A DNA stretch of 62,559 nt, taken from positions 1-62,559 of the forward strand of contig JBCKLP010000002.1 of NCBI GenBank assembly GCA_038903735.1. The letters run 5' to 3'. The position numbers and the translations under genes were made by a program. The notes below the pieces were generated by a model. That model was not told the origin of the DNA and searched no databases. It saw only the letters and a program-made list of their open reading frames with translations. The DNA is from Burkholderiales bacterium. GTDB lineage: Bacteria > Pseudomonadota > Gammaproteobacteria > Burkholderiales > SG8-39. Positions 54,323 to 62,559 of this stretch are shown piece after piece. The stretch's first letter is position 1; each line of letters begins with the position of its first letter.

Positions 54323-54435
54323 CAGGCCAACACCAAGGATGCCGCCAGCCCGTGTCGCCGCCTTGCATCGGCAGCCAACAACAGAAGGAATCCTTTAATC
54401 TTGCAACCGGACTTCGAACTAAAGAGCTGATGCGG

Positions 54436-55320
54436 CTACGGGGGGCAGGTCAATCCCGAAAAGTTCGCACATGCATCATCGAATTCAGTACGCCAATGAT
54501 CAAGTCCAAGCCCATGGCAGTTCCGAAAACGCGTGCTGTCGAGCAGCGAGTTGAAGGGGCGCTTGGCGGCACGCGGGGAATTTTCACTGGTTGTGGGGTA
54601 GATGCGAGCCTGAAGTTGGAACCGCGTGGCAATTGCCAGCGCAAACTCGAACCAGGTGGTGCTGCCGGCAGGGGAGAGGTGGTACACGCCTTCCGAGTCT
54701 GAGTGCCCCAGGTCTGCTGGCGGGCTCTTCTGCAGCAACGAACGCATGACAGCCGCAAGGCTCCTGGCGCTGGTAGGTGTGCCCCATTGATCGTTGACGA
54801 CATTTATCGAGGGTTGCGAGCGGGCCAGCTTCAGTATGGTTTTGAGAAAGTTTGCGCCATGCTCACCATAAACCCAGGCAATGCGGAAAATCAGATGTCT
54901 GCAAGCTGTAGCCTGGATCGCGCACTCGCCTTCCAGCTTGGCGCGCCCATACACGCTTTGCGGATTGGGCAGATCACCCTCTGTGTAGGGTCTTGTCAGA
55001 CTGCCGTCGAACACGTAATCGGTGGAAAAATGGATAAGCAAGGCCCCAAGCCGCCTGGCTTCTTCCCCGAGAATCCCTGGCGCAAGTGCGTTGACGGCGT
55101 GCGCAAGCTCCGGTTCGCTTTCGGCCTTGTCCACCGCAGTATAGGCAGCGGCATTGACAATGATGTCCGGTTTGAATTGCCGCAAAATTGGTACAAACTC
55201 GGACGGACGTGTCAGGTCAAATACGGAGTGATCGAACGCTGCAAGTTCACCAAGGGGGGCAAGCGCGCGTTGCAGCTCCCACCCCAATTGTCCGTTACTG
55301 CCGGTCAGCAGAATTCTCAC
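54436..55320 (-). CDS. rfbD: dTDP-4-dehydrorhamnose reductase
   Basis: Trimmed to the GTG at 55320 (GTGA overlap with the rfbC stop). [49 protein letters not shown]... Confidence 0.9.
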   Translation of the reverse strand: MRILLTGSNGQLGWELQRALAPLGELAAFDHSVFDLTRPSEFVPILRQFKPDIIVNAAAYTAVDKAESEPELAHAVNALAPGILGEEARRLGALLIHFSTDYVFDGSLTRPYTEGDLPNPQSVYGRAKLEGECAIQATACRHLIFRIAWVYGEHGANFLKTILKLARSQPSINVVNDQWGTPTSARSLAAVMRSLLQKSPPADLGHSDSEGVYHLSPAGSTTWFEFALAIATRFQLQARIYPTTSENSPRAAKRPFNSLLDSTRFRNCHGLGLDHWRTEFDDACANFSGLTCPP

Positions 55321-55865
55321 GGGAAGGTTTCTGCCTCGCACAGCATGGCGCCCTGGCTGTCCTTGGCTGACAGTATTGGCGGCCCGGACAGCGGCCAGGG
55401 AATCGCGAGCGCCGGGTCGTTCCAGGCGATGGATCGCTCGTACTCTGGTGCATAGAAATCGCTTGTCTTGTAGAGCACTTCCGCGGATTCGGAAACAACG
55501 CAGAAGCCATGCGCAAATCCCTGCGGAACCCAAAGCAGTTGCCGGTCGCTCGAGCGCAGGCGTTGTACGGCAATTCGCCCGAAATCCGGAGAACTCCTGC
55601 GGATATCCACCACCACGTCGAAAATCTCCCCGGAGATTAAGCGCAGCAGCTTGCCCTGCGGTTGCCGGATTTGATAATGCAGTCCCCGCAGTACCCCGCG
55701 GGCCGAGCGTGAATGGTTGTCCTGCACAAATCCTTGTGTGATGCCGGGCTCGGCGAAATTGCGTTCATTCCAGCTCTCGAAAAAAAATCCGCGCTCGTCG
55801 CCAAACACCTGCGGCGATATCAGCAGTACTTCGGCGAGCGCAGTGGGGGTGATCGTCAGTTTCAA
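55317..55865 (-). CDS. rfbC: dTDP-4-dehydrorhamnose 3,5-epimerase
   Basis: Trimmed to the TTG at 55865 (TTGA overlap with the rfbA stop, GAGGAAGG upstream). [61 protein letters not shown]... Confidence 0.85.
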   Translation of the reverse strand: MKLTITPTALAEVLLISPQVFGDERGFFFESWNERNFAEPGITQGFVQDNHSRSARGVLRGLHYQIRQPQGKLLRLISGEIFDVVVDIRRSSPDFGRIAVQRLRSSDRQLLWVPQGFAHGFCVVSESAEVLYKTSDFYAPEYERSIAWNDPALAIPWPLSGPPILSAKDSQGAMLCEAETFP

Positions 55866-56739
55866 CGCCCTTCCTCGATGATGCGTAACAGGTAGGCGCC
55901 GTATCCGCTGCTGCGCAGTGGCGCGGCCAGCGCAGCAAGCTGTTCTGCGCTGATGTATCCCATGTGCCAGGCCACTTCCTCCGGGCAGCATATTTTGAGC
56001 CCCTGGCGCCGTTCCACCGCCTGAATGAAGGTGCTGGCTTCGATCAGGGCATCCTGGGTGCCGGCATCGAGCCAGGCGTGTCCACGGCCGAGCAGCGTGA
56101 CATGCAGCTTGCCCAGTGCAAGGTAGCGGTTGTTGAGATCGGTAATTTCCAGCTCTCCGCGGGGCGAAGGTCGGAGAGATCTTGCGATTTCCGGTGCATC
56201 GCTGTCATAGAAGTAAAGGCCGGTGACGGCGAAACGGGATTGGGGCTCGCTGGGCTTCTCTTCAAGGCTGATTGCGTTGCCCGCCGAATCGAATTCGACA
56301 ACACCGTAGCGCTGCGGGTCGCTGACCGGGCTGGCAAAACCGTGGCACCTTCATGGCGCGTGCTTGCCGATGCCAGGTCTTTTTCCAGGTCGCGGCCGTA
56401 AAAAATATTGTCGCCAAGTACCAGCACACTTGGCGCGCCATTGAGAAAACTCTCCCCGATGATCATCGCCTGCGCCAGGCCCTCCGGCGCGGGCTGTACC
56501 GCATAATCAATGCGCAGGCCCCAGCGCGCACCATCACCAAGCCGTTGCTCAAAGCGCGGCGTGTCCTGCGGGGTGAATATGAGCAGAATTTCGCGTACGC
56601 CCGCCAGCATGAGTGTGCTCAACGGGTAATAGATCATGGGCTTGTCGTAGACGGGCAGCAGCTGCTTGGAAACCACCTGCGTCAGTGGATATAGCCGGGA
56701 ACCAGGGCCTCATGCGAGGATGATGCCTTTCCGATCCAT
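55862..56739 (-). pseudogene. rfbA: Glucose-1-phosphate thymidylyltransferase, inactivated by a nonsense codon and a frameshift
   Basis: Own translation from the ATG at 56739: [57 protein letters not shown]... The stop at 56710-56712 replaces the first Gly of the GGSGTRL motif. After ..HEGATV the frame is lost at an A4/T4 run (56336-56339). The -1 frame continues [50 protein letters not shown]-stop at 55862. Confidence 0.8.
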
Positions 56740-56832
56740 GTCAGCGTGCACCAAGGGTCAATCTGACCGATAGCGAATCTGCCGAAAGACCTGACCCGCC
56801 GACATCGCGTTTCGGTGATCCAATAAGATGAC

Positions 56833-57894
56833 TCATCGATTGGCGTAATTGCGGCTTATCCAGCGCTGATATTCGCCGGAGCGGATGTTATCGACCCAGG
56901 CGCGATTTTCCAGGTACCAGTGGACGGTTTGCTCCATCCCACTTGAAAAACTGTGCCGCGGCTTCCAGCCCAGCTTACCCCGGAGTTTGGCTGCATCGAC
57001 TGCGTAGCGCCGGTCATGGCCGGGGCGATCAGCGACAAACTCAAGCAAACTGGCGTAGGGGCCTGCTGAGCGCGGTGACAAGCGATCAAGCAGCGCGCAC
57101 AGTGCTTCCACCACCTGCAGGTTGGTGTGTTCTGCATCACCTCCAACATTGTAGGTCTCACCAGGCTGCCCTTGGGCAAGAATCAGGCGTAAGGCTTCGC
57201 AATGGTCGGCAACATGCAGCCAATCCCGAATATTAGCGCCATCGCCGTAGACCGGAAGCGCTTTGCCTTCCAGCGCATTCATGATCATCAGCGGAATGAG
57301 CTTCTCCGGAAACTGCATGGGCCCGTAGTTATTAGAGCAGTTGCTGGTCAGCACAGGCAGACCATAGGTATGGAAATAGGCGCGCACCAGGTGGTCAGAC
57401 CCTGCCTTGGAAGCCGAGTAAGGACTGTTCGGCGCATACGCCCTTGACTCCGTGAACGGCAGTTCGTCCGGTTGCAGCGAGCCATACACCTCGTCGGTTG
57501 AGACGTGCACAAATCTGAACCCTTGGCGCATTTCCGAGGCAAGTTCGTTCCAGTAGCCGCGGGCTTCCTCCAGCAGGCAAAAGGTACCTAGCACATTGGT
57601 TTGCACGAACTCTGCTGGCCCGTGAATGGATCGGTCCACATGGCTTTCGGCTGCGAAATGCAGCACTGCCCTGATCCGGTGCGTGGATAACAAACGTGCG
57701 ACGAGAGCGCGGTCGCAGATGTCGCCGCGAACAAAGGTGTGACGGGGGTCATTCTGCAGGCGGGATAGATTGGCGAGATTGCCCGCATAGGTCAGTTTGT
57801 CCAGCGTAATGACGGGTTCCTCGCCCTGCGCAAGCCATTCAAGCACGAAATTGGAGCCGATGAACCCGGCACCGCCTGACACAAGAACTGTCAT
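56833..57894 (-). CDS. rfbB: dTDP-glucose 4,6-dehydratase
   Basis: 353 aa. MTVLVSGGAGFIGSNFV.., ..HFAAESHVDRS.., ..STDEVYG.., ..YSASKAGSDHL... Confidence 0.95.
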   Translation of the reverse strand: MTVLVSGGAGFIGSNFVLEWLAQGEEPVITLDKLTYAGNLANLSRLQNDPRHTFVRGDICDRALVARLLSTHRIRAVLHFAAESHVDRSIHGPAEFVQTNVLGTFCLLEEARGYWNELASEMRQGFRFVHVSTDEVYGSLQPDELPFTESRAYAPNSPYSASKAGSDHLVRAYFHTYGLPVLTSNCSNNYGPMQFPEKLIPLMIMNALEGKALPVYGDGANIRDWLHVADHCEALRLILAQGQPGETYNVGGDAEHTNLQVVEALCALLDRLSPRSAGPYASLLEFVADRPGHDRRYAVDAAKLRGKLGWKPRHSFSSGMEQTVHWYLENRAWVDNIRSGEYQRWISRNYANR

Positions 57895-58646
57895 GAGCGC
57901 TTCCCGGTTCGCGCGGCCAGCGACATAAGCTTTGCATACTTGTTGAAAGAATTCATGCAGCCAATCCCAATGTGAACGAGGCCCGGTGTGCCGTCGAGAA
58001 AGCCGAGCCGGAACAGATAGAACTTCAGAAATCTGAGCAGCGGCGAGAATAGCAGATGCGCAATGCCGGCCGATTTGCCTTGCAGGTGCAGTTGTGCCGC
58101 CTGTAAAGAGGTGTAGCGATTCTGCTTTTCGAGATACCTGTCGAGCGAATCCGCGGAGTCGTGCATCAGATCGCCCATCAATCTGATTGGCAGTTGGTCG
58201 GAATGGACACTTTCGTGGACTGTGTCCTCGCTCCAGCGCGCATGACCGCGATGAAATAACCGCAGACTCCAGTCTGGATAACCTTCTCCGTGGCGCAGCC
58301 AGCGGCCCAGAAAGTGATTGCAGCGTGCCATCACGAACGCGGTCGCCCGGGGCGATTCGAGCTCGGCAACTATTGAGGCTTTCAGAGCCTCGCTAAGGTA
58401 TTCGTCGGCGTCCAGACAAAGTACCCAGTCATGGGCTGCCGAATCAACGGCAAACTGCTTTTGCCGCCCGAAACCCAGCCATTCCTTCTGGAGAACTCGT
58501 GCGCCCAGATTGCGGGCAATGACAAGTGTCTGATCCGTGCTGCCGGAATCCACCACCAGAAGCTCGTCCGCAAACGCTGCACTGCGCAGGCAGGCCTCCA
58601 ACTGGGCTGCGGCGTCGCGTGTGATGACTACCACGGAGAGGGGCAT
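57891..58646 (-). CDS. Glycosyltransferase family 2 (LPS core-type)
   Basis: Trimmed to the ATG at 58646: MPLSVVVITRDAAAQLEACLRSAAFADELLVVDSGSTDQT..WVLCLDADEYL... ATGA overlap with the rfbB start. Confidence 0.85.
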   Translation of the reverse strand: MPLSVVVITRDAAAQLEACLRSAAFADELLVVDSGSTDQTLVIARNLGARVLQKEWLGFGRQKQFAVDSAAHDWVLCLDADEYLSEALKASIVAELESPRATAFVMARCNHFLGRWLRHGEGYPDWSLRLFHRGHARWSEDTVHESVHSDQLPIRLMGDLMHDSADSLDRYLEKQNRYTSLQAAQLHLQGKSAGIAHLLFSPLLRFLKFYLFRLGFLDGTPGLVHIGIGCMNSFNKYAKLMSLAARTGKRS

Positions 58647-58788
58647 TGAGCGGTTTATAATCAGTGTCTTAGTGGCAGTCAATCCGATTGCCTGCCAGCG
58701 TCCGAAATATAGCGGCCCTGTGGCGGCGTGCGCTATGCGTGCCGGGATGCGCAATTTTACGCTTGCTGGAGGCTGCGGAAATTCCTCG

Positions 58789-59745
58789 ATGAGAAAAATC
58801 CTGTTGATTAAAACCTCGTCGCTGGGTGACGTAGTACACAACTTTCCTGCGGTCAGTGAAATTCGGCGTCATTTCCCCGATGCGGTGATTGACTGGGTCG
58901 TGGAAGAAGCTTATCTGCCGCTGGTGGAATTGCATCCAGGGGTGCGGCGGGGTATCCCGGTTGCGATCCGCCGTTGGCGCAGGCGGCCGTTGAAATTGGC
59001 AACCTGGACGGAAATGAGCGGATTGCGCCAGCTTTTCAAGCACGAGCATTACGACACCGTTATCGACACGCAAGGCTTGATCAAGAGTGCACTGCTTGCG
59101 GCTGCCGCTCAAGGGCGTCGTCATGGATTCGACGCGGCAAGCGCGCGCGAATCCATCGCGGCGCGCTTTTACGACGTTTGCCATCATGTGGCTCGCGGGC
59201 AACATGCCGTTATTCGCAATCGGGATCTGTCGGCGCGTGCGCTGGGATATCGAAACGGTGAAACAATCGATTATGGTTTGCGCGCCAGGAAGCCTCTTCA
59301 AAACCAGAACCGCGATTGCCGGATCGTCCTGCTGCATTCGACCAGTCGGACTGACAAGCATTGGCCCGAAAGCCAATGGGTGGATCTGGGGCAGCAACTG
59401 GAGGCTGCTGGCGCCCGCATTATCCTGCCCTGGGGCACGCTGGGAGAACGCCAGCGTAGTGAGCGCATCGCATCCGCATTGCGCGATGCGCAGGTTCCAG
59501 AAACCCTTTCATTGCAGGCGGCGGCCGAGTTGCTGGAGGGATGCAGCGGGGTGGCGGGTGTCGATACCGGACTGACGCACCTGGCCGCGGCTTTGGGCAC
59601 GCCGGTTGCTGCCATTTTCTGCGCAACCGATCCCAGGCTCACGGGAATCTATGGTGCCCAATGCACCCGGAATCTCGGCGGACCGGGGCGCTCGCCTCAA
59701 TCGCGGGAGGTGTTTGCGGCCCTGCAGGCCTGCGGGGCGATGTGA
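58789..59745 (+). CDS. waaC: ADP-heptose:LPS heptosyltransferase I
   Basis: Trimmed to the ATG at 58789: MRKILLIKTSSLGDVVHNFPAVSEIRRHFPDAVIDWVVEEAY..GVDTGLTHLAAALGTPVAAIF... Followed by waaA with a GTGA overlap. Confidence 0.9.
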   Translation: MRKILLIKTSSLGDVVHNFPAVSEIRRHFPDAVIDWVVEEAYLPLVELHPGVRRGIPVAIRRWRRRPLKLATWTEMSGLRQLFKHEHYDTVIDTQGLIKSALLAAAAQGRRHGFDAASARESIAARFYDVCHHVARGQHAVIRNRDLSARALGYRNGETIDYGLRARKPLQNQNRDCRIVLLHSTSRTDKHWPESQWVDLGQQLEAAGARIILPWGTLGERQRSERIASALRDAQVPETLSLQAAAELLEGCSGVAGVDTGLTHLAAALGTPVAAIFCATDPRLTGIYGAQCTRNLGGPGRSPQSREVFAALQACGAM

Positions 59746-61016
59746 TCTGGCGCCTGGCTTACACGCTATCGCTGTGGGCAGCCTTGCCTGTGGTTCTTGC
59801 CCGTCTTTACTGGCGGAGTCTTCGCGAACCCGTCTACCGGGAGCGGCTTGGCGAACGCTTTGGCCGCTATGGTCCTGTCATGACGCGCCCTGTGGGCAAA
59901 AGACTGGTCTGGCTGCATGCGGTGTCGCTGGGGGAAGTGCATGCGGCAAAACCCCTGGTAGACAGGCTTTTGGCAAGGCACCCCGATACCGATTTTCTGC
60001 TCACCCAAATGACGGCGGCAGGCCGCCAGGCGGCGCGGCAATTACTGGGTCAGCAAGTTCAGATTGTCTGGTTACCCTACGACTTTCCGTTCGCGGTGCG
60101 CTCTTTTTTGAAGCGGTTTCGACCCGATCTGGGAATCATTGTTGAAACCGAGGTGTGGTTCAATCTGATAGAGGCCTGCCACAAGGAATCTGTACCGGTG
60201 TTGCTTGCCAATGCCCGACTTTCCGAACGTTCCTTTCTGGCCTACCAGAGAATCGCGCCGCTCGCGTCCAAAGCGTTTGCGTCGATCACCGAGGTTGCGG
60301 CGCAAACCTCGGATGATGCAAACCGGTTGATGCGGCTAGGTGCCCGATCGGTATGCGTAGCCGGCAATCTCAAATTTGACGTCGAAGTTTCCCCTGACAG
60401 CCAATCCCTGGCCCGCGAGTTTCGCGCCAGATTCGGTTCGCGCAGGATACTTTTGGTCGCCAGTACCCGCGAAGGCGAGGAAGCGCTGATCTTGGACGCG
60501 CTTGCCGGGGAACCGCTGCCAGGCGTGTTGACGCTTATCGTTCCGCGGCACCCGCAACGCTTTGCCGATGTTGCCGCGATGCTTGAGCGGCGCGGTTTGC
60601 GATACGTCAGACGCAGTGCCAACCGAGATGTACCTGATGACTGCCACTACGTTCTGGGGGACAGTGTCGGGGAGATGGGCGCTTACTACCGGGCTGCGGA
60701 TATTGCGTTTATTGGCGGCAGCCTGTTGGACACGGGTGCTCAGAACTTCATCGAAGCCTGCGCCGCGGGTATTCCCGTCTTGATAGGCCCCTCAGTCTAT
60801 AACTTCGCATTGGCCGCCGAGCTGGCGACAAGCGCGGGGGCTGCGCTGCGCGTTGAGGATGCCGCCGGCATGGTGGAATGCGCGGCAAAACTGCTGGAGG
60901 ATCCCGCGGCATGCAGGGCAATGGGTGATGCCGGCCTGGCGTTTTGCGCCCGCCATCGCGGCGCTGCGGCGCGCATGGCAGAAATAGCGACGAAGATGCT
61001 TGAATCGCGACCTTGA
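59742..61016 (+). CDS. waaA: 3-deoxy-D-manno-octulosonic acid (Kdo) transferase
   Basis: Trimmed to the GTG at 59742: VIWRLAYTLSLWAALPVVLARLYWRS..RLVWLHAVSLGEVHAAKPLV..LIVPRHPQRF..GGSLLDTGAQNFIEA... Confidence 0.9.
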   Translation: MIWRLAYTLSLWAALPVVLARLYWRSLREPVYRERLGERFGRYGPVMTRPVGKRLVWLHAVSLGEVHAAKPLVDRLLARHPDTDFLLTQMTAAGRQAARQLLGQQVQIVWLPYDFPFAVRSFLKRFRPDLGIIVETEVWFNLIEACHKESVPVLLANARLSERSFLAYQRIAPLASKAFASITEVAAQTSDDANRLMRLGARSVCVAGNLKFDVEVSPDSQSLAREFRARFGSRRILLVASTREGEEALILDALAGEPLPGVLTLIVPRHPQRFADVAAMLERRGLRYVRRSANRDVPDDCHYVLGDSVGEMGAYYRAADIAFIGGSLLDTGAQNFIEACAAGIPVLIGPSVYNFALAAELATSAGAALRVEDAAGMVECAAKLLEDPAACRAMGDAGLAFCARHRGAAARMAEIATKMLESRP

Positions 61017-61057
61017 TTGCAGACAGTCGTCGCCAAACTGCCGGTTGACGATCTGCC

Positions 61058-62389
61058 TCAGTTATTGCCGAGCAACTGATTGACCGATTCAATATCCTCG
61101 TCAGACAGCGAGCCGGCGGCAGCCTTGAGGCGCAGTCCGTTCATGATGGCATCGTAACGGGCGCGAGCCAGATCCCGCTTGGTCGAGAAAAGCTGCTGCT
61201 GGGCATTCAATACGTCAATGTTGATGCGCACCCCGACTTCGTAACCCAGCTTGTTCGACGCGAGTGAGGTTTCCGAGGAGGCAACCGCCTGCTCCAGGGC
61301 GCGCACCTGCGCAATGCCGTTGCTGATGCCGACAAAGGATTGCCGTGCGGAGGTGGCGGCCTGGCGACGGCTATTCTCCAGATCCGCGCGGATACGCTCC
61401 AGATTCGCCAGCGACTCGCGGATTCGTGAGTCGACCGACCATCCCGCGAAAATGGGGACACTCAGTTGCAGGCCCAGCGTACCGGTCCGTATATCCGAGC
61501 CAATACCGGTATTGACATTGCCGCCGGTTGCGCTGTTCGCATAGGTGGCAACGAGATCCAGCGTCGGCCGGTGGCCGGCACGATTGCGCTGCACGTCGCG
61601 CGCGGCGATTTCAGCGGCTGCCTCCTGAATGCGCACAGGATAGGCCTGTTTTTGGGCGGCCTCCACCCAGTCATTCATGCGCGCGGGCTGCGGTACGGCG
61701 ATCTGAAAATTGGATCGTAGCGGGGTTAATGACTCGGGGAGTTTTCCGACGATTTGCTGCAGCGCGTGCTTGCGCAGTTCCAGGTCGCTGTGCCCCGCAA
61801 TCTCCTGGGATACCGACAGATCAAACCTGGCCTGCGCTTCATTGGTATCGGTGATGGTGGATGTGCCAACCTCGAAGTTCCGCCTTGCCTGCGCCAACTG
61901 CTCGGTAATGGCCGCTTTCTGTGCGCCGATGAATGTGAGGTTATTCTGGGCTGCCAGCACATCGAAATAAGCCTGTGCAACCCGCACCAGCAGGTCCTGA
62001 GTGGCCTGGCCAAACTGCGCTTCAGCCTGGGCCACCTGGAATTCCGCCTGTTCAAGCTGCAGCACATTCAGCGGCCTGTACAGGGGCTGTGTGAGGGTAA
62101 AAGTAAACACGTTGCTGGCAAAATTGCGCGTCACCGGGCTTGCGGCATTGCGCTGGAGCACATGGTTGTTACTTTGCAGCGCATTGCCGGTGAAATTGAC
62201 AGTGGGCATGCCCAGGGCGCGTCCTTGCGGCAGGCGCTCGCGACCGGCTTCCAAGGCCGCGCGCGCCGAGGCGAATACCGCATCGTTTGCCTTGGCGTCT
62301 CTATAGACCTGCAGCAGATCGACTGCAAATGCCGGAACGGCCAATGTCAGCGCAAGGGGAAGCGCAGAAAATACTCGAATAGCTTTCAT
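61058..62389 (-). CDS. tolC: TolC-family outer membrane efflux/type I secretion protein
   Basis: ATG at 62389: MKAIRVFSALPLALTLAVPAFA (signal peptide), then VDLLQVYRDAKANDAVFASARAA.. and the duplicated coiled-coil/beta-barrel repeat organisation of TolC. Confidence 0.9.
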   Translation of the reverse strand: MKAIRVFSALPLALTLAVPAFAVDLLQVYRDAKANDAVFASARAALEAGRERLPQGRALGMPTVNFTGNALQSNNHVLQRNAASPVTRNFASNVFTFTLTQPLYRPLNVLQLEQAEFQVAQAEAQFGQATQDLLVRVAQAYFDVLAAQNNLTFIGAQKAAITEQLAQARRNFEVGTSTITDTNEAQARFDLSVSQEIAGHSDLELRKHALQQIVGKLPESLTPLRSNFQIAVPQPARMNDWVEAAQKQAYPVRIQEAAAEIAARDVQRNRAGHRPTLDLVATYANSATGGNVNTGIGSDIRTGTLGLQLSVPIFAGWSVDSRIRESLANLERIRADLENSRRQAATSARQSFVGISNGIAQVRALEQAVASSETSLASNKLGYEVGVRINIDVLNAQQQLFSTKRDLARARYDAIMNGLRLKAAAGSLSDEDIESVNQLLGNN

Positions 62390-62400
62390 TGTTGCTCTCG

Positions 62401-62559
62401 TCAATAAATCGCCATGGCGGGATCAATCTGACGCGCCCACGCATCAACGCCGCCGGAAAGGTTGTGGAGTTTGGCAAAGCCGTTGCGTTCCAGGAAAAGC
62501 GCAACCTGCATGCTGCGCCCGCCATGATGGCATATCACCACGGTTTCAGCATCCAGGTC
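62401..62559 (-). CDS. Rhodanese-like sulfurtransferase domain protein, 5' end outside the window
   Basis: Own translation: DLDAETVVICHHGGRSMQVALFLERNGFAKLHNLSGGVDAWARQIDPAMAIY-stop. C-H-H-G-G-R-S is a rhodanese active-site loop. Confidence 0.8.
   Translation of the reverse strand, partial: DLDAETVVICHHGGRSMQVALFLERNGFAKLHNLSGGVDAWARQIDPAMAIY

Noticed and set aside
62355-62375. The 13-nt match AAATACTCGAATA shared between the repeat B copies and the tolC signal-peptide codons.
   Set aside because: It is short and isolated, and it lies inside an ordinary coding context (MKAIRVFSA). There is no flanking similarity, so I treat it as coincidence.

Overview
This is a high-GC proteobacterial chromosomal window (sampled 60-nt lines run at about 57% G+C) dominated by cell-envelope polysaccharide genes. 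All calls come from my own reading of the six-frame ORFs and the raw sequence. No database search was run.

**Layout, left to right**
- **1-2.7 kb:** a partial insertion sequence (an IS4-like DDE transposase plus a DUF4338-like ORF). It has removed the 5' half of a GT4 glycosyltransferase gene.
- **2.7-46.85 kb:** a ~45-kb O-antigen/exopolysaccharide locus built as two convergent, tightly coupled operons. The plus-strand operon runs 2.7-14.9 kb and the minus-strand operon runs 46.85-15.0 kb.
  - It encodes about 12 glycosyltransferases, a Wzx flippase and an O-antigen ligase/polymerase-family protein.
  - It encodes three nucleotide-sugar modules: WbpB/D/E plus WecB/WecC (diacetamido-uronic acid type); WbpK/L/M-like; and FnlA/FnlC-like with an RmlD-like reductase.
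  - It encodes a HisH/HisF/PP-loop amidotransferase trio (acetamidino-type modification).
  - Tailoring genes are AsnB-like, carbamoyltransferase, methyltransferase and acetyltransferases.
  - Also present are a heparinase II/III-like protein, a 713-aa two-domain oxidoreductase and, unexpectedly, a COX15/CtaA heme A synthase.
  - The segment 19.8-24.1 kb is a lower-GC mosaic containing gene fossils.
- **46.85-54.4 kb:** a 7.6-kb accessory island made almost entirely of broken or selfish genes.
  - Broken genes: a frameshifted ORF6N gene, three Rhs/YD-repeat fragments, a truncated CHC2 primase and a frameshifted RelE-like toxin that retains an intact HTH antitoxin.
  - Other genes: a PemK/MazF toxin-antitoxin pair, an XRE regulator and an orphan GT2.
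  - The island is organised by two pairs of long direct repeats (245 bp and ~212 bp) that I cannot assign to any known element.
- **54.4-62.6 kb:** rfbB-rfbA-rfbC-rfbD, with rfbA carrying both a nonsense codon and a frameshift. These are followed by a GT2, divergent waaC-waaA, a TolC-family outer-membrane protein and the 3' end of a rhodanese-like gene.

I found no rRNA, tRNA or CRISPR array. The most unusual signals are the unexplained repeat pairs, the recombination scars inside the O-antigen locus and the concentration of single-nucleotide gene lesions.
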